Shown: in pieces, positions 39,580 to 50,500 of the stretch | Layout: each line of letters opens with the position of its first letter | How positions within the stretch are numbered: the first letter of the stretch is position 1 | NCBI GenBank assembly: GCA_965248925.1 | Contig: CBDFLE010000005.1 | Location: forward strand, 544,001-608,000 | Length of the DNA: 64,000 nucleotides | Direction: 5' to 3' | Source of the DNA: Candidatus Multivoradales bacterium | Lineage (GTDB): Bacteria; Acidobacteriota; Thermoanaerobaculia; Multivoradales; J023 | Notes under the pieces: generated by a model | The model's input: the letters and a program-made list of their open reading frames with translations, nothing else | Told to the model about the DNA's origin: nothing | Databases searched by the model: none | Program-made: the position numbers and the translations under genes

Positions 39580-39717
39580 GGAGCGATCATACCTCAGGGG
39601 CGCGGTTTGCCGAGACCGTCATGAACATGTCATCTGTCACGGGACATACTGCACTCGATCTGGGACCGACTGCTGGCTGCCCGAATTTTGGGCATGCAGG
39701 CCGAGAGGGATGTACTG

Positions 39718-40110
39718 ATGGCTGATTTGAGGACCAGATACCACATCTTGCTGGTGGACGATCATGAGAGCTTTCGCGACGCGACTGCCGAGTTGCTGCG
39801 GCTGCTCGGGCATTGGGTGATTGCTGTGGCCTCGCCGCTAGAGGCACTTGGCCTATGCCAAAGGAAGGCGCAGGTCGAGCTGCTGATCACCGACCTCCGG
39901 ATGCCGCAGATCGATGGCCTGGAACTCGCTAGCCGGGTTTCGGCGCTCCGCCCCGAGGTAGCGGTGTTGCTGATTTCGAGCCACGCCCCCAACGCCGAGG
40001 CCCTGAGCCTAGCCGGCGGGTTTCTGCTCAAGCCGTTCTCGGCTGATACGCTGCAGGCGGAGATAGAGCGGCTACTGGCAACTGGTTCGATCAGCAACGT
40101 TCACTCTTGA
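39718..40110 (+). CDS. Single-domain response regulator (CheY-like)
   Basis: ILLVDDH, LLITDLRMPQIDG, LLISS, LLKPF. Confidence 0.88.
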   Translation: MADLRTRYHILLVDDHESFRDATAELLRLLGHWVIAVASPLEALGLCQRKAQVELLITDLRMPQIDGLELASRVSALRPEVAVLLISSHAPNAEALSLAGGFLLKPFSADTLQAEIERLLATGSISNVHS

Positions 40111-40768
40111 GGACATAGCCTTGGCCACGTACGGTATGCAACAACTTGCCTTCACCCTGGCGATCAATCTTGCGTCGCAGCCGGCAAATCGATACGTCGA
40201 CCGCATTCGCCGTCGAAACGAAAGCACTATCCCAGGCACCGTCCTCGATCTGCTGCCGGCTCAGCACCTGGTCATGGTTCTCCATCAGGTAACAGAGCAA
40301 CGTCAGCTCACGGCGCGAGAGCTGGATGGCCCGGCCAGCCAGGCGCACTTTACCGCTCTTTGGTGCGAGTTCCAGGTCGGCGGCTCGCAGACAGTAGGCG
40401 GTGGCTCTTTCGCGGCGGCGCAACAGGCTGCGCACTCGAGCGAGCAGCTCGGCGAAGGAAAAGGGTTTGACGAGATAGTCGTCAGCGCCAGTGTCGAGAC
40501 CACTGGCGCGTTCTGCAATGGAGTCGCGCCCGGTCAGCATGAGCACTGGCACCCGGCTGCCGGCGGCGCGCCAGGTGGACAGCAGCTCGATGCCGGTGGG
40601 CGGTGGGATCGACCAGTCGAGCACCACCAAGTCGTAGTCGCTGACCGCCATCAATTCGTCGGCATAGCCGCCGGATTCGGCAAGATCGACGGCATACAGA
40701 GCCTCACGCAGGGTATCGCAGATCAACTCCGACATCCGACGATCATCTTCGACGACGAGGATTAACAT
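40091..40768 (-). CDS. OmpR/PhoB-family DNA-binding response regulator
   Basis: LVVEDD, LVVLDW, GADDYLVKPF, wHTH VDVSICRLRRKI...HTVRGQGY. Confidence 0.92.
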   Translation of the reverse strand: MLILVVEDDRRMSELICDTLREALYAVDLAESGGYADELMAVSDYDLVVLDWSIPPPTGIELLSTWRAAGSRVPVLMLTGRDSIAERASGLDTGADDYLVKPFSFAELLARVRSLLRRRERATAYCLRAADLELAPKSGKVRLAGRAIQLSRRELTLLCYLMENHDQVLSRQQIEDGAWDSAFVSTANAVDVSICRLRRKIDRQGEGKLLHTVRGQGYVLKSERC

Positions 40769-40882
40769 GGCGGTTTATCCTATCGCTCTCCGCACTCAAG
40801 CGGAAATCGCGGCTGCCGAAGCTCTGCCACTGCATAACAGGCCCATGCGTCGTAGGCTGTATCACCAGCCGGAGGACAAGCG

Positions 40883-41557
40883 ATGAGACTCTTGGTGGTG
40901 GAAGATGAGCGCGATCTGGCCCAGGTGCTGGTCGAAGCGCTCGAAGAAGAAAGCTATGCCGTGGATCTGGCGCTTACCGGCGAGCAGGCTGACGAACTGT
41001 TCGAGGTCAATGACTACGACCTAGTGGTGCTCGATTGGTCGATCCCACCGCCCACCGGCATCGAGCTGCTAGCCACTTGGCGCGCCGCCGGCCACCAACT
41101 GCCGGTGCTGATGCTGACCGGTCGGCGAGAGATTGAGGACCGAGTCGGCGGTCTCGATAGCGGTGCCGACGACTATTTGACCAAGCCGTTCTCTCTGGTC
41201 GAGCTGCTGGCCCGGGTGCGCAGCCTGATGCGCCGGCGTGACAAGAGCCTGGTGTGTCTGCAAGCTGCGGATCTGACCCTCGATCGGGCAGCCCACACCG
41301 CCCACTTAGGTGGCGTCTTGCTCGATCTAGCACCGAAGGAGTTCGGCTGCTTGGAGTATCTCTTGACCCATCATGACGAGGTGGTGTCGCGAACCACTCT
41401 GGCGGAACATGTGTGGGATGATTCGTTCGATGCGATGAGCAACGTTATCGACGTGATTATCTATCGCCTGCGAAAGAAAATCGATAGTGGCACTGAGCGT
41501 AGGCTGCTGCATACGGTTAAGGGTGTTGGTTACCTATTGAAGAGTGAGCGCGGGTGA
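40883..41557 (+). CDS. OmpR/PhoB-family (CusR/CzcR-like) response regulator
   Basis: LVVEDE, LVVLDW, GADDYLTKPF, SNVIDVIIYRLRKKI...HTVKGVGY. Confidence 0.93.
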   Translation: MRLLVVEDERDLAQVLVEALEEESYAVDLALTGEQADELFEVNDYDLVVLDWSIPPPTGIELLATWRAAGHQLPVLMLTGRREIEDRVGGLDSGADDYLTKPFSLVELLARVRSLMRRRDKSLVCLQAADLTLDRAAHTAHLGGVLLDLAPKEFGCLEYLLTHHDEVVSRTTLAEHVWDDSFDAMSNVIDVIIYRLRKKIDSGTERRLLHTVKGVGYLLKSERG

Positions 41558-43332
41558 GGGAAGCCTCCAGCGGGTCGCTGCGCCCGCTAGTGCTGGTCCT
41601 CGGCGTAGTTGGCCTGGGGCTGATATCGATCCTTCTGCTGATCGGTACCGATCGTCTGCGGCGCCACGGCGAGATGGCTGACCGCACCCTCGCCCTGACT
41701 CTCGCCGACCTACAGCGAGATATCGCTACTTCACATCTGTGGCTTGAAGAGTACGTCAGCGGTGACTCCGTCGACGATGCTGAGATTTTTGATCCTTTGG
41801 TGCTGTCGCTGGCCCGGGTTGATCGCTGGCTCGGCCAATCAACTGGCAGGGCGGTCGACAGCCAGCTGCGGCCCTTCACCGATCGCCGACTGTTGAGCCT
41901 TGCCGGCAACCTGAAGTTCCTCCTCCAGCGCTTTGCCGAGATCGCGGCCAAGCGCCACCGCGGCTTCGTCCAGGGCGAGGAAGTCGGCGTCGGCTCCCCC
42001 CTGGATGTGGAGTACGACCGGGTGTTCGCCGAGCTGCGCAGCGAGGCAGTCGCGCTGGAGCAAGCTCTCGAGCAGCGTCGGCAAAGCGATGCAGCGCGCT
42101 CTAACCGCACCTTCATCGGCATCATTATCGGTTGGGGTCTGTTGCTAGCGTTGGCCGCTACCGGTCTGTGGACTCGAGAGAGGCATCGCCAACAGACCGA
42201 GCTGGCGCTCGGTGACAGCCAAGAGCAGCTCCTCCAGGCACAGAAAATGGAGGCTGTTGGCCGCCTCGCCGATGGGATAGCGCACGATATCAACAACTAC
42301 CTGGCAGCGCTGCGCGGCCAGTGCGAGCTGGTCGCCATGCGCTTTGGCGGCGATCCGCGAATCAGCAGCAAGATGGAAGACTCCATCGGTACCATCCACA
42401 AGGCTTCGGCGCTGATCGATCGCTTGTTGGCTTTCAGTCGTCAGCGGCCGATAGAACCCACGGTGTTGAACCTCAACAGGTTAGTGGAAGGGCTGGGAAA
42501 GATGATGGGCCGTTTGCTGGGCGACGATGTGCGGCTGAAGATGGCGCTCAATCCGGGCTTGTGGAACGTCAGAGCTGATCCGGCTCAGCTCGAGCAAGTG
42601 ATTGTCAACCTGCTGGTCAACGCGCGCGACGCGATGGCGCGAGGCGGTGATCTGGAAGTCGTAACCGAGAACCGACCGACCGCCAGCGGTGACCACGTCG
42701 TGCTAAGCATCACCGACAGCGGTGCCGGTATTGAGCCTGAGATCCGCGACAAGATCTTCGAGCCGTTCTTCACCACCAAGTTGAGTAGCGGATCTAGCGG
42801 TTTGGGCCTGGCGACGGTGTACGGTGTCGTGCAGCGTCACGGTGGCCGCATCGAGGTCGACAGTGAGGTTGGCCGCGGGACGATTTTCGAGATCTTCCTG
42901 CCTCGTACGCTACAGCCGTTGACCGCGGTGGATGACTCTCCGGTGGATGCCGAGCCGCTACAGGGTGCCGGTGAGAGTCTCCTGCTGGTGGATGACAACA
43001 GCAGCTTTCGCCACGCCACCGCCGCCCTACTGGAAGGTCTGGGATACCGTGTCGAGGCAGTAGCAGATGGCGAGCAGGCACTACTCGCTATCGACCGCCT
43101 GGCAGGTCTGCGCTTGGTTCTGACCGACGTAGTGATGCCCGGATTGGATGGCACCGAACTCTTGCGCCAGCTGGATCCGCGCTCTGGTGTGCGGCTGATC
43201 TTCATCTCGGGTCACAGCGCTAGCGAACTCGAGCGCCGCGGTTTTTCCGTCGCTCAAGGACAGCTGCTCAAGAAGCCTTTCTCGGCGGTGGCTTTGGCCC
43301 GGATGGTTCACCAAGCGCTACAAGGTCCCTAG
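41554..43332 (+). CDS. Hybrid sensor histidine kinase (paralogue of 36774..38614)
   Basis: GTGA overlap with the regulator; two TMs; HLWLEEY sensor; [27 protein letters not shown]; [11 protein letters not shown]. Confidence 0.9.
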   Translation: MREASSGSLRPLVLVLGVVGLGLISILLLIGTDRLRRHGEMADRTLALTLADLQRDIATSHLWLEEYVSGDSVDDAEIFDPLVLSLARVDRWLGQSTGRAVDSQLRPFTDRRLLSLAGNLKFLLQRFAEIAAKRHRGFVQGEEVGVGSPLDVEYDRVFAELRSEAVALEQALEQRRQSDAARSNRTFIGIIIGWGLLLALAATGLWTRERHRQQTELALGDSQEQLLQAQKMEAVGRLADGIAHDINNYLAALRGQCELVAMRFGGDPRISSKMEDSIGTIHKASALIDRLLAFSRQRPIEPTVLNLNRLVEGLGKMMGRLLGDDVRLKMALNPGLWNVRADPAQLEQVIVNLLVNARDAMARGGDLEVVTENRPTASGDHVVLSITDSGAGIEPEIRDKIFEPFFTTKLSSGSSGLGLATVYGVVQRHGGRIEVDSEVGRGTIFEIFLPRTLQPLTAVDDSPVDAEPLQGAGESLLLVDDNSSFRHATAALLEGLGYRVEAVADGEQALLAIDRLAGLRLVLTDVVMPGLDGTELLRQLDPRSGVRLIFISGHSASELERRGFSVAQGQLLKKPFSAVALARMVHQALQGP

Positions 43333-43408
43333 CCACAGACAACGCCCTCAACAGGGAGGCCCGGAGCCGGTCGGCATCTCGCCGACCGGCCGCTTGCTAT
43401 CGGCAGCC

Positions 43409-46400
43409 TCAAGGGCAGATCGTCGAATCGAACAGCGGACCCTGGTCGACGCAATCCGATCCCGGTCGCCGGTCGTGCGGCACACAGACCGTGACCACCG
43501 CCTCGCAGGTGCCACCGCGACCGTCATCTGCGATGAATCCGAGGTGGTAGACCCGCCCATCGCCACCGCCGGAGCGCTCGCGGCGGACGCTGGCGCTCGG
43601 CGTACCGGTGCCGGTCGCGTCCGGACAGAAGGCGCCGTCGCCGGTGCTGTCCACCGGTTCGTCCTGGAACACCTGCAGCACTGTCAGGGTGATCGGATCG
43701 CCGTCGGCATCGACCACCCCCTCGATGGCGATCTCCACCATGGCGTGGTTCGGCGGCCACAGCCGATCGAGATCGGCGAACACGGCGCTGCAATCCGGCG
43801 GTACGTTGACCACTTCGAGCAGGTCGCTGTCGAGAGTCTGTTCGAGGCCGCTACCCGCAAGCACGCCGATCAGCAGAGCGAGGTAGGTCTTCGGTGGCAG
43901 TCCGGTAGTGGTGAAGAGCTGATTGCCGGTGAAGGTGTCGCCTACCGCGATGGCGGTCTGGTCCAGTAGCTCACCGACCACTTGCTCGCTGTCTGGATCC
44001 AGCAGCAGTACCCGGACCCCGAGGTCGACCAGCGGCGTGTTGCCCTGGTTGGTCAGGGTGTAGAGCGCGTCGCTCGGCTGGCCGCTGTCGACCAGGTCGG
44101 GATTGAGGCTCAGGGTGCCGCTCAAGCCGGCGCCGGAGAGCGCCGAGCTCTCGATCCTGAAGCCGGCCGAGCACATCGTCGCCAGCTGGTCGCCGGAGAA
44201 GATCTCAAGCAGCGCCAGGTGATCGCCCGGGCTGACCCCGAGGGGAGCGAAGGAGAAGGTCTGCTCGCTGAGACTGGCCGGCGGCAAGGGAGCGAGCAAG
44301 CGCTCCTCGGCGAAGATCTCGAGGTCGAACTCGTCGAAGACTCTGAGCCGCGCCGACAGGCCGTTGAGGGTGAACTCCTCGTCGAGGTTCTCGATCTGAC
44401 CGTCGAAGGTGGCCAGCTCATCGGCGTCGTAGACCACCTGCAAGCTGAACAGATTGCACAGCGCCGCAGTTAGTGGCAGCACGTCTGGGGTGATGGGATT
44501 GCAGTCGTCGTCGATACCGTTGCCAGGGATCTCCTCGGCGCCCGGGTTGACGTTCGGGTCCGTGTCGTCACAGTCCTCGTCCTCGGGGAAGCCGTCGCCG
44601 TCGCCGTCCGGTGGCTCGAGACTCGGCTGGCAGCTGGCCTCGATCGGTAGGGTGGCCAGCGTTCCATTGGTCAGGGTGTCGAAAAATTCGATCGCTCCCG
44701 GGCCACTCACCGAGCTACCGTCACCGGTGAAGGTGACGTCGAAGGTCGCCGACTCGCCAGGGCCAACGCCGGTGACCACCTCGGGGGTGAAGCTGAACGA
44801 CAGACCGTCGGGCAGCGTCGCCGGCCGTAGCGACACGTCGACCGGCCGGGTGGCAGCGGTGGTCACCGCCCGCACCACGGCGTCGCGCAGCGGGCCGGTG
44901 CCGCCGGAGATGTTGAACACCAGCGGCAGGCCGGTCTCGTCGACCGCGCCGGTGAGCAGCGCCAGGGCCGACATCAGCACGCTGGAGCTGCCCGACGGTC
45001 CGACCGGATTGCGGATCGCGGTACCGCCGGGAGCGAGGCCGATCACCGAGATACCGAGCGCGTTGAGCTGGTCGATGGTCGCCGGCACCGGCGCCGAGCC
45101 GAGCGGTGCAATAGCCCCCGCTACGGTGTTGCCGAATCTCGAGATCGAGTCGCTGACCCGGCCAAAGCGGCTGGAGCCGATCGAGCTTGAGCAAGCGATG
45201 GCGGTGGTCGGCACAGTCGCCCCGCCGGCACCGGTTAGGGTGGTCGGGATCGGCTCGCTGGCGGCGAACGGGGCCACCGAGCAGATATCGCCAGCCTGGA
45301 TCACCAGATGTAAGGCTCCCGGCCTGAAGCCGACGCCGCCAAGTCCACCGACGGTTGGCGCGATGTTCGAGTCGAATCCTGGAACATCGCCGCTGGTGCC
45401 CGGTGAGACCTGGGTCAAGGCGTTGCCAGCCACCCCGCTGTCGAGGTTCGAGCCGTTGCCGTTGCCGTCGAACCCGGCCCCGGTAGCAATCTGGAACAGG
45501 GCCTCGAAGTTGGTCTCCGGACCATCGCCGCCAAAGCCCGGTGCGCTGCGGCTCAGGGCGCCGTTGATCAAGGCGAGGAAATCCGGCAAGTCGGGAGTGA
45601 TCAGCGGTTGGTTGAGGGTGAACGGCCTGCCGGTCGAGTTTTCGCTGCTGAAGGTGCGGCCCTGACTGCCGCCGTAGTCCTCGAAGCGACCGACGCCGAA
45701 GGAGAATGAGATCTCAGGCAGGCCGGCTTGCAGGTCGCCGACCAGCTGGTTGAAAATGTTACGTACCTGTGGCACCCGGCCGGCGAAGCTGCCGGTGTCG
45801 TCGAAGAGCAGGAAGACGTCGACCCGGTCGACCACCGAAGTCGGTGGAAAAGTGATCGTCGCTGGTACCGTTTCCGAGCCGCCGACACACACCGCCGAAC
45901 TCGGTTCGAGGACGATCTCGCTGGGGTCGATGGCGCCGCTGCCAAGGCAGCTGCCGGTCTGCAGGATACAGCTCGAGCTGCAGGCCAGGGTGCCGCCGCC
46001 GAAACCCAGGGAGTCGCAGCTCTGGCCGGCGAGGTCCGTACCGTCACACTCCTCCTCCGGCCGGTTGATCTCACCATCGCCACAGAACGGCACCCCTTCG
46101 CAGCCGGCAGCGTCGAAGGTGCAGTCCGGATTGCAGGCCAGAACGCCGCCGAGGAAGCCGACGTCAACGCAGCCCTGGCCACCTAGGTCGCTGCCATCGC
46201 AAGACTCCGTAGCCTGGTTGATCACCCCGTCGCCGCAGGTCGGTGGCGCCGAGCAACCGAGGGTGTCGAGCGAGCACTCCGAGGTGCAGGCCAGATCACC
46301 TGGGCCCAAGCCGAGGGACTCGCAGGTCAGGGCGCCGAAGTCCAATCCGTCGCAGGCCTCAGTAGCTTGATTGATCTCACCATCGCCGCACACCGGCGGT

Positions 46401-47452
46401 CCGGTGCAACTGCTGGTGTCGAGGCCACAGCTGGCGTTGCAAGCCAGGGTGCCGGTTCCCAGGCCGAGGGTTTCGCAGCTCGCGCCGGCCAGGTCGAGTC
46501 CGTCGCAGAGCTCGCCAGGCTGGTTGATCGCACCATCGCCGCACACTGGCACGGTGGCCAGCGCCGCCAGCGCTCTGAGCGCCAGTGCGGTGGGGTATGG
46601 ATCGCCCTGCCAGCTGCCGTCGGTCTGCTGGAGTCCGCCTAAGAAGGCGGTCATCGCGCCCAGCTCGGGTCCTACCGCGGGAATCGCGGCGAGAGCGGTT
46701 GAGGCCAGCGCTGAGTGGATCAGGAGATTGGCTCCGGCCGCGCCGAAGCTGCCGTCGAGGTTGCGCAGGCCGCTCAAGTAGGCCGCGCCTTCGTCCAAGT
46801 CACTCAGCACCGCGAAGCGGCTCTGGTAGCCCGCCAACCCCAGCATGGCGTGGCTGGTACAGAAGATCTCACTGAGCCCACCGGCGACACACGGCCAGCC
46901 GCCATCGGTATTCTGGACGCTGACCAGATAACCCAGCGCGGGCAGCAAGACCGCGTTGCCGACGGTCGGCTGTGAGGCCACCGCGGCCAATGCCAGGGCG
47001 GTGTCGAGAGGGTCAGCGCTGAAGTCGGCCGACAAGCCCCAGCCGCCACGGTCGCTGGCATCGGCAGTGAGCACCACCAGCAGCCCGGCGACGTCACGGC
47101 CTTCGGCGGCGAGCGGCGCCAGCCGCCGTGCACGATCATCGGTGTCGAGCGCCGGCTCGGTATCGAGCAAGGTCGCCGCGGCGGCCCTGGCACCGGCCTC
47201 GAGGCCGCTGGCGCGGAGGGCTCTCAGCGCCTCGGTCGTGGCCTGCTCGGGCCGCACCTGGAGGCTCAGCCAGCTGCCGTCGGCTTGTTGGTTGGCGGCC
47301 AGGAAAGCGGCGCCGTCGGTGGATGGCTGGCCTTGTGCAGGAGTGCTGAAGCTCGCCCAAACGAGAAATAGAAGCGGCAGCGCAACCCACGCCAGGGTCG
47401 ACTGGGAGCGCGGGCGGTAGGTACTTCGACTGCTTGAGAGCGTCGTCATCAT
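43409..47452 (-). CDS. Giant secreted mosaic protein: prenyltransferase-like alpha/alpha repeats, 4 CGDG Cys-rich repeats, vWA-like, MopE-like metal-binding, Ig/CARDB and LWPPNH domains
   Basis: AAGGAG RBS; signal peptide; QQADGSW/QNTDGGW/QQTDGSW; CGDG.IN...E.CDG x4; VFLLFDDTGSF; DGDGDGF...DCDD....NPGAEEIPGNGIDDDC; LWPPNH. Confidence 0.82.
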   Translation of the reverse strand: MMTTLSSSRSTYRPRSQSTLAWVALPLLFLVWASFSTPAQGQPSTDGAAFLAANQQADGSWLSLQVRPEQATTEALRALRASGLEAGARAAAATLLDTEPALDTDDRARRLAPLAAEGRDVAGLLVVLTADASDRGGWGLSADFSADPLDTALALAAVASQPTVGNAVLLPALGYLVSVQNTDGGWPCVAGGLSEIFCTSHAMLGLAGYQSRFAVLSDLDEGAAYLSGLRNLDGSFGAAGANLLIHSALASTALAAIPAVGPELGAMTAFLGGLQQTDGSWQGDPYPTALALRALAALATVPVCGDGAINQPGELCDGLDLAGASCETLGLGTGTLACNASCGLDTSSCTGPPVCGDGEINQATEACDGLDFGALTCESLGLGPGDLACTSECSLDTLGCSAPPTCGDGVINQATESCDGSDLGGQGCVDVGFLGGVLACNPDCTFDAAGCEGVPFCGDGEINRPEEECDGTDLAGQSCDSLGFGGGTLACSSSCILQTGSCLGSGAIDPSEIVLEPSSAVCVGGSETVPATITFPPTSVVDRVDVFLLFDDTGSFAGRVPQVRNIFNQLVGDLQAGLPEISFSFGVGRFEDYGGSQGRTFSSENSTGRPFTLNQPLITPDLPDFLALINGALSRSAPGFGGDGPETNFEALFQIATGAGFDGNGNGSNLDSGVAGNALTQVSPGTSGDVPGFDSNIAPTVGGLGGVGFRPGALHLVIQAGDICSVAPFAASEPIPTTLTGAGGATVPTTAIACSSSIGSSRFGRVSDSISRFGNTVAGAIAPLGSAPVPATIDQLNALGISVIGLAPGGTAIRNPVGPSGSSSVLMSALALLTGAVDETGLPLVFNISGGTGPLRDAVVRAVTTAATRPVDVSLRPATLPDGLSFSFTPEVVTGVGPGESATFDVTFTGDGSSVSGPGAIEFFDTLTNGTLATLPIEASCQPSLEPPDGDGDGFPEDEDCDDTDPNVNPGAEEIPGNGIDDDCNPITPDVLPLTAALCNLFSLQVVYDADELATFDGQIENLDEEFTLNGLSARLRVFDEFDLEIFAEERLLAPLPPASLSEQTFSFAPLGVSPGDHLALLEIFSGDQLATMCSAGFRIESSALSGAGLSGTLSLNPDLVDSGQPSDALYTLTNQGNTPLVDLGVRVLLLDPDSEQVVGELLDQTAIAVGDTFTGNQLFTTTGLPPKTYLALLIGVLAGSGLEQTLDSDLLEVVNVPPDCSAVFADLDRLWPPNHAMVEIAIEGVVDADGDPITLTVLQVFQDEPVDSTGDGAFCPDATGTGTPSASVRRERSGGGDGRVYHLGFIADDGRGGTCEAVVTVCVPHDRRPGSDCVDQGPLFDSTICP

Positions 47453-47516
47453 CGATCTCCTTCGGCGACCAGGCCACCGTGCACTTTGCTCATCATGTCC
47501 ATTCGACAGATCCGCA

Positions 47517-50500
47517 TCAGGCCCAGACCTGCAGCCAAGGGTTGGTGGCCGAACCGAAACCGTCGAAACGCTCATCCTCGGGCGGGCGCAAGAAGCGCAG
47601 TAGCCATCGCTGTAGGTTGATCCACACGGTGTCGGGAGCCATTCCCAGGCTGCCGAAGATCCTGCCCATGAGGACCGCGATGGAGGACATGATCAGCGCG
47701 TTGATCGCCCAATAGAAGCCGATGACGGCGAGCAGAGCGATCGCTGTTCCTCCAGAAGCGAAGAGTGCAAACACCCCGATGGTCACCACGATGATCGCCG
47801 CCATGGCAAGCACCACACCGACCGCATTGCGTCCCGCGGGTCCAAGCCCCGGGTTGTCCTCGAGGATCCCTTGGTAGGAGTCGATCGCGTCGTAGATCGC
47901 CAGAGCGATGCCGGCGATGCCGGCGATCAAGGCGAGGACCCCAAGGCCGGCCAGAGCCGCGAATGCGCCGACGGCCACCAATAGCATGCCGAGGAAGGCC
48001 GCGGTGACCGAGCCGCCGGGAATCGGTGGTATGCGAAAACCGCCGCCGGCCAGGCCGCTGGCGATCAGGTAGGCGCCCGAGCCGGTGGCCGGATCGAAGA
48101 CCACCAGGCCCACGCCCGAGAATCCGTCGAGCTCGAATTGGCGCTGCGGGATGGTGACCTCACGGCCGGCGTTGACCGAGTTGACGATCTCGTTGCGCAC
48201 CAACGACGAGACGCTGAGCTGGGGCAGCGCCGTCGCCAGGTTGTCGCGGGTGATATGGAAGATCGGGATGTTCCGCCGCACCGCCTCGTCGAGGTAGGCC
48301 ATCGTGCTAATGCCGTCCTGGGTCGGAGTGTCGCTGATCGACAAGTCCCAGATCTCGGACTCTTGCCGCGAGGCGTTGGCACCGGCTTGGGCCAGGTAGC
48401 CGATGGCCTGCGCACGATCGCCGTCCAGAGCCACCACCGCCTGCAGGTCGGTATCGACATCGGTTGCCAACGAACCGCTGCGCACCTCGTTGGGGGTGCC
48501 GAAGAAGAAGAAGGTCTGCAGGGCGTAAGTGAAGATGCCCTCCGATGGCAGCCGCGCGGTGGCGATGCCTCGGCTACCCTTGAGCACGTTCGAGAACACC
48601 GCCAGCTGAGACCAGTAGGTCAGGCCGCCAGCGTGCAGGTACTCGCCCATGATGTCGTCCTTGTCGAGCCCCGAGGTATTGCCCGCCACGATCAGGTCGA
48701 GGACCTGCTGGGCCGCTCCCCGGCGCTCGTCGGAGTCGCCTGGAATACCGAGGTTGAGGACGATGGCGTTGTAGGTGCCGGCGGTTACCGCGTTATTCAC
48801 CACGTCGGTGTTGCGACCGGGCCCCGAGAGCACGAGGCGGAAGTTGCCACTCTCGCCCAAGGTCACAGCGGCGCCGGTGGCCACTACCTCGCCTTCGATG
48901 CGCAGCTCTGGGTGGACCCGGATCAGGTAGGCCGGCAACGAGCTGGGGAAGTCTTCGATAGCGTCGTCGTCAGCTGGCGCGAAGGACAGCATGGTGTCGC
49001 GGTCGGCGTCCGATGCCGGCCCATAGCTGAGGGTGATCTTGCGGCCGGCAAGCTGCGGCATGGAGGCGCCGAAAGTGAGGTCGGGCAAGAAGCCGAAGCT
49101 GCTCGAGGTGACCTCGAAGCGTAGCTGATGGCGTAGCGAGCTGGGCAGCTCGGCGAACGAACCTGCCCGCACCAGCACCCGGTAAGGAAGCGAGGCCGGC
49201 AGCAGGGTCAAGCGTTGCTCGCGGATCCTAGTGCCGCCCGCCAGATCGCGCAGCGTCGAAGGAACGCCCTCACTGTCGGCGAAAGCGAGAATCTGGTTCT
49301 TGACCGTCTCGAGGTTGGTGGTGACGAAGCCGACGTCAAGGTCGCTGAGCGCACCGTTGGTCGGATCGATAGTCGCCGTGTCAAACCCCTGCTGCAGGAA
49401 GTCCAGCGAGTCGAAGCCGGCGGCGGCGGCCAGGTCGATGCCCGGCACGACGTCGAGCTGCTTGAAGCTCGGGTCCAGAGGAACCCAGGTGTCGCCGGCA
49501 ACGGCCACCGCGCCGCGCGAGGGTACATAGTCGAGAAACGCCTCCACCCAAGTGTGCTCGAATCGGCCCGACACCAAGGAGACGCCGTCGCTCAGGCCGA
49601 CGGTTGGGGTGCCGGCCGAGGACATGAAGGTCAGGGCCGCTTGCGGGTCGCTAAAGCCGCCGGCCAGGCTCATGATCTGGTCGATCGGCGCCTCGATGGT
49701 GCCGCTTGCGTAGCGCGCCGGAATGCCCGAAGTGCGCAGTAGAGCAATCAACAATGAGGCGGTGTCCGTGGCATTGCAGAGTTTACTGTCGAGACACGCG
49801 CCAGCGCCTTGAATCGAGCCGGTGGTAGGAACGAACGAGATCGCATTGCGAACGAAGTCGAAGATCCGGATCGGGTCGTTGCCGAGTTCGCTCGCCCGGG
49901 CGGTGATCGCCGGCGTGAACTGGACATCGATTGTCTCGGCCAAGTCTTCTGGGCCGGGCAACGACGCTTTGGCGCCGAGTCCCTGCACGGTGGCTTCACC
50001 GGCCGGGCTCTGGGCAGCGCCAGTGCTGGCCATCTCGGTGAACTCGACGGCGTTGAGCCGAGGCTCGACGGGCTCCAGCTCACTCATCCGGTGGGGCAAC
50101 TTGAGTGGATCGAAAGCCGGCGGCAGGGTGGGTGGGTCGAGCATCTCGGAGAGATAGTCCTCAAGCCGATCCAGCTCGCCGCCCAGAGCCGCGGCCGCCG
50201 GTCCCCCGGCCTTGCCGCCGCGCAGCTGCCGCCGCGCATCTCGGCTCGCTTTGTCGACGGCCGCACGAAGGTTGCCGAACAAAGCTGTTCGGGACTCGAA
50301 CTTGGAAAGCTCCGCCCTTTGTCGATCGATGATCAGCTGTGGCAGGCCAGCGCTTCGCAGATGATGACCAAGCTGCAGGAGCGAGCCGCGGACTTCAAGA
50401 ATCAGTTCGGAGATCTGCTTCAGGTGCTCACCGAGGCCGTCGCCGAGGCTGTTCAGCCGATCAGCTTGCCGCGTTGAGCGGAGTGCGGGGATCAACGCCC

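Noticed and set aside
46560-47330. Squalene-hopene cyclase or prenyltransferase enzyme
   Set aside because: The domain is exported and fused to adhesion modules, and only a single barrel is present; treated as a structural repeat
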